From Callorhinchus milii (taxonomy: Eukaryota), in the NCBI RefSeq assembly GCF_018977255.1, contig NW_024704743.1, positions 78,804,001 to 78,868,000 of the forward strand: a DNA stretch of 64,000 bases. The letters run 5' to 3'. This document shows positions 62,201 to 64,000 of the stretch, piece after piece. The translations under genes and the position numbers were made by a program. The stretch's first letter is position 1. Each line of letters starts with the position of its first letter. The notes below the pieces were generated by a model. The model worked only from the letters and a program-made list of their open reading frames with translations. It did no database searches and was not told the origin of the DNA.

Positions 62201-64000
62201 AGTTACAGCCTTGGTGTCCAATAGCTTTCATTAACTGGAATCACTACATATGCTTGGATTCTACTGCTGACTAGCCACCGGACTCATTAAAAAATGGCAG
62301 ATTTCTGGGTTGTCAAGCTGCTGCATATTTTGCTTGTGAGGTGTTGCTGGAGTTGGTCATTTTGTTGTGCTTTGTTTATAACGCAGCATCTGGAAAAATT
62401 GGATCCAGCCTGCATTATAATAGGATTGCTCTGTATAAGTATGGGTTTGATCAGTCAATGTAGGTATGCTGTTCATTGGTTGCTAAGGGAGTGTACAGTT
62501 TGTGATTTTTGGTAATTTGCAAATGGAAGTGGAACAGCTGCTACAGTTCAAACAGTATGCATTATTATGTCTAAAGAAGGCTCGGAAATATCGTAGTTAC
62601 ATAAAAAATATAAAAATATACACTATTGATACTGCTTCAAACGCTGAACGTACAGCTCATGGTATGTTGTATTACTTTATATCCTTTGTTTTAAAACCAC
62701 TGCCACTAATTGTTAATGCTTTAGATTGTAAAGTGCATTCACAATATGAGTGGGCAAAATACTGCATTGGTTTCAGTAAAAGTGACAAATAACTATACAT
62801 GTAAATCTATGAAAAGATTAAATTTTTTGGCAAACAACTTTCCATTTTATTTTCTAGGTGATCTTTGCCCGTGCTACCCATCTTGTGTAGCCGTGGGATG
62901 ATTATCTTATGTAACATTGCATTTATATTAGAGAACAATTTGTAATATTATGAACTTGTGGTAGATACTGTCCGAAATCCTGGTTTTGCACTTGGGCAGT
63001 TTTCACAGTACTACAAGGAACACTTAAAACTAGGTACATCCAGTTATTTGAAGGTTGCAACATTTTCACATTTGTTTCTGGTTGCCAGGCCCTTCTTCTG
63101 TTGTTTGTCAGTATGAATGAGCTAAATGTTCTGTGCCAGAATAAAAAGATGACATTCTTTCTGCCTGTAGTTTTTATGCTGGATGCTGAACAAGTATTGG
63201 ATCTTATGGTCTCGAGGGGCAGCAATGCCACCTTTTTTATCTTAATATTGCACCTGCTTGGTCATCTGTTTCGATTCCTGTATCCCTCTCATGGATAGGA
63301 TTGATTAAAGATTTTGGGCCTCAGCCTCTGTACAAGCAAATATTCCTAGCCTTTTTTTAAAAATTCTGATCTTTGCTACCATCATTTTTTAAAATCTATT
63401 TTACAGTGTTCTTGATACAGAATATTTTTTCAAGTGTAAATTTTTGCTGGTTTTACTTCTCTTTTTCAAGAGAAATCAAAATATTTCTATTCTGAAAAAA
63501 CAGATAGAAATGATACTTTATCATCTTTGGCTAGTTGCTTTAAAAATGACCAGGTCAGTGATAAAAGTTACAGCATAATCAAAGTTAAAGTATTGTGACA
63601 CCGCAGGTTTTGCTTGCTGAAATAAGTGTTTCATAAATACTGGAAAGGTGGGAGGAACAAAAAAAAGGTAATTTGGCCTTCAAGCTTGCTCATACAGGTT
63701 CATGATTTATTTATAATCCATCCAATCATAAATGTAATCTGATATTACACTCCTGAGGGAGATTTCTGCCTGTATTCTTCGTTATTCCCAAAAATCTTTC
63801 ATAGTGTATACAAAACTGTATCCACATTTTTTGAACACTAGAAAAATACATACTTTCCTACGTATGCTACGTAAACATACTAAACAAATGTATAATGCTG
63901 CTCTTGATTTTTGAAATTCAGTTTAATAATCAGCTCTTGCAAAATCTATATAAAATTTGACCTCTATTCGCCTCTCCTGCCATTCATAATGTTGTTTAAA

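Overview
Repeat-dense vertebrate genomic DNA, most likely from a cartilaginous fish and possibly a chimaera (inferred from the repeat make-up: L2 LINEs with (TTG)n tails, CR1 LINEs, Deu-domain SINEs and a tRNA-Ala-like SINE with a (TTA)n tail). I can see no complete protein-coding gene; almost all listed ORFs are decayed LINE fragments or chance frames. Firm features are an intact tRNA-Gly(GCC) gene (18406-18476, -), a decayed tRNA-Gly copy (10875-10945, +), and a CpG-island promoter (~41.4-43.2 kb) with CRE/ZNF143-like sites and a probable non-coding first exon on the + strand. A candidate ATG-bearing exon of a leftward gene lies at 4457-4542 (-). The most interesting item is a TSD-flanked foldback element (21842-22174) carrying two back-to-back minimal hammerhead-ribozyme motifs of the Penelope type, nested between an older LINE fragment and a younger L2 tail. 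Also present are two MITE-like inverted-repeat elements, a 5x56-bp minisatellite inside an L2, a locally templated ~100-bp insertion, and an unexplained codon-like ~530-bp insert. Repeat boundaries are approximate unless a TSD is given.
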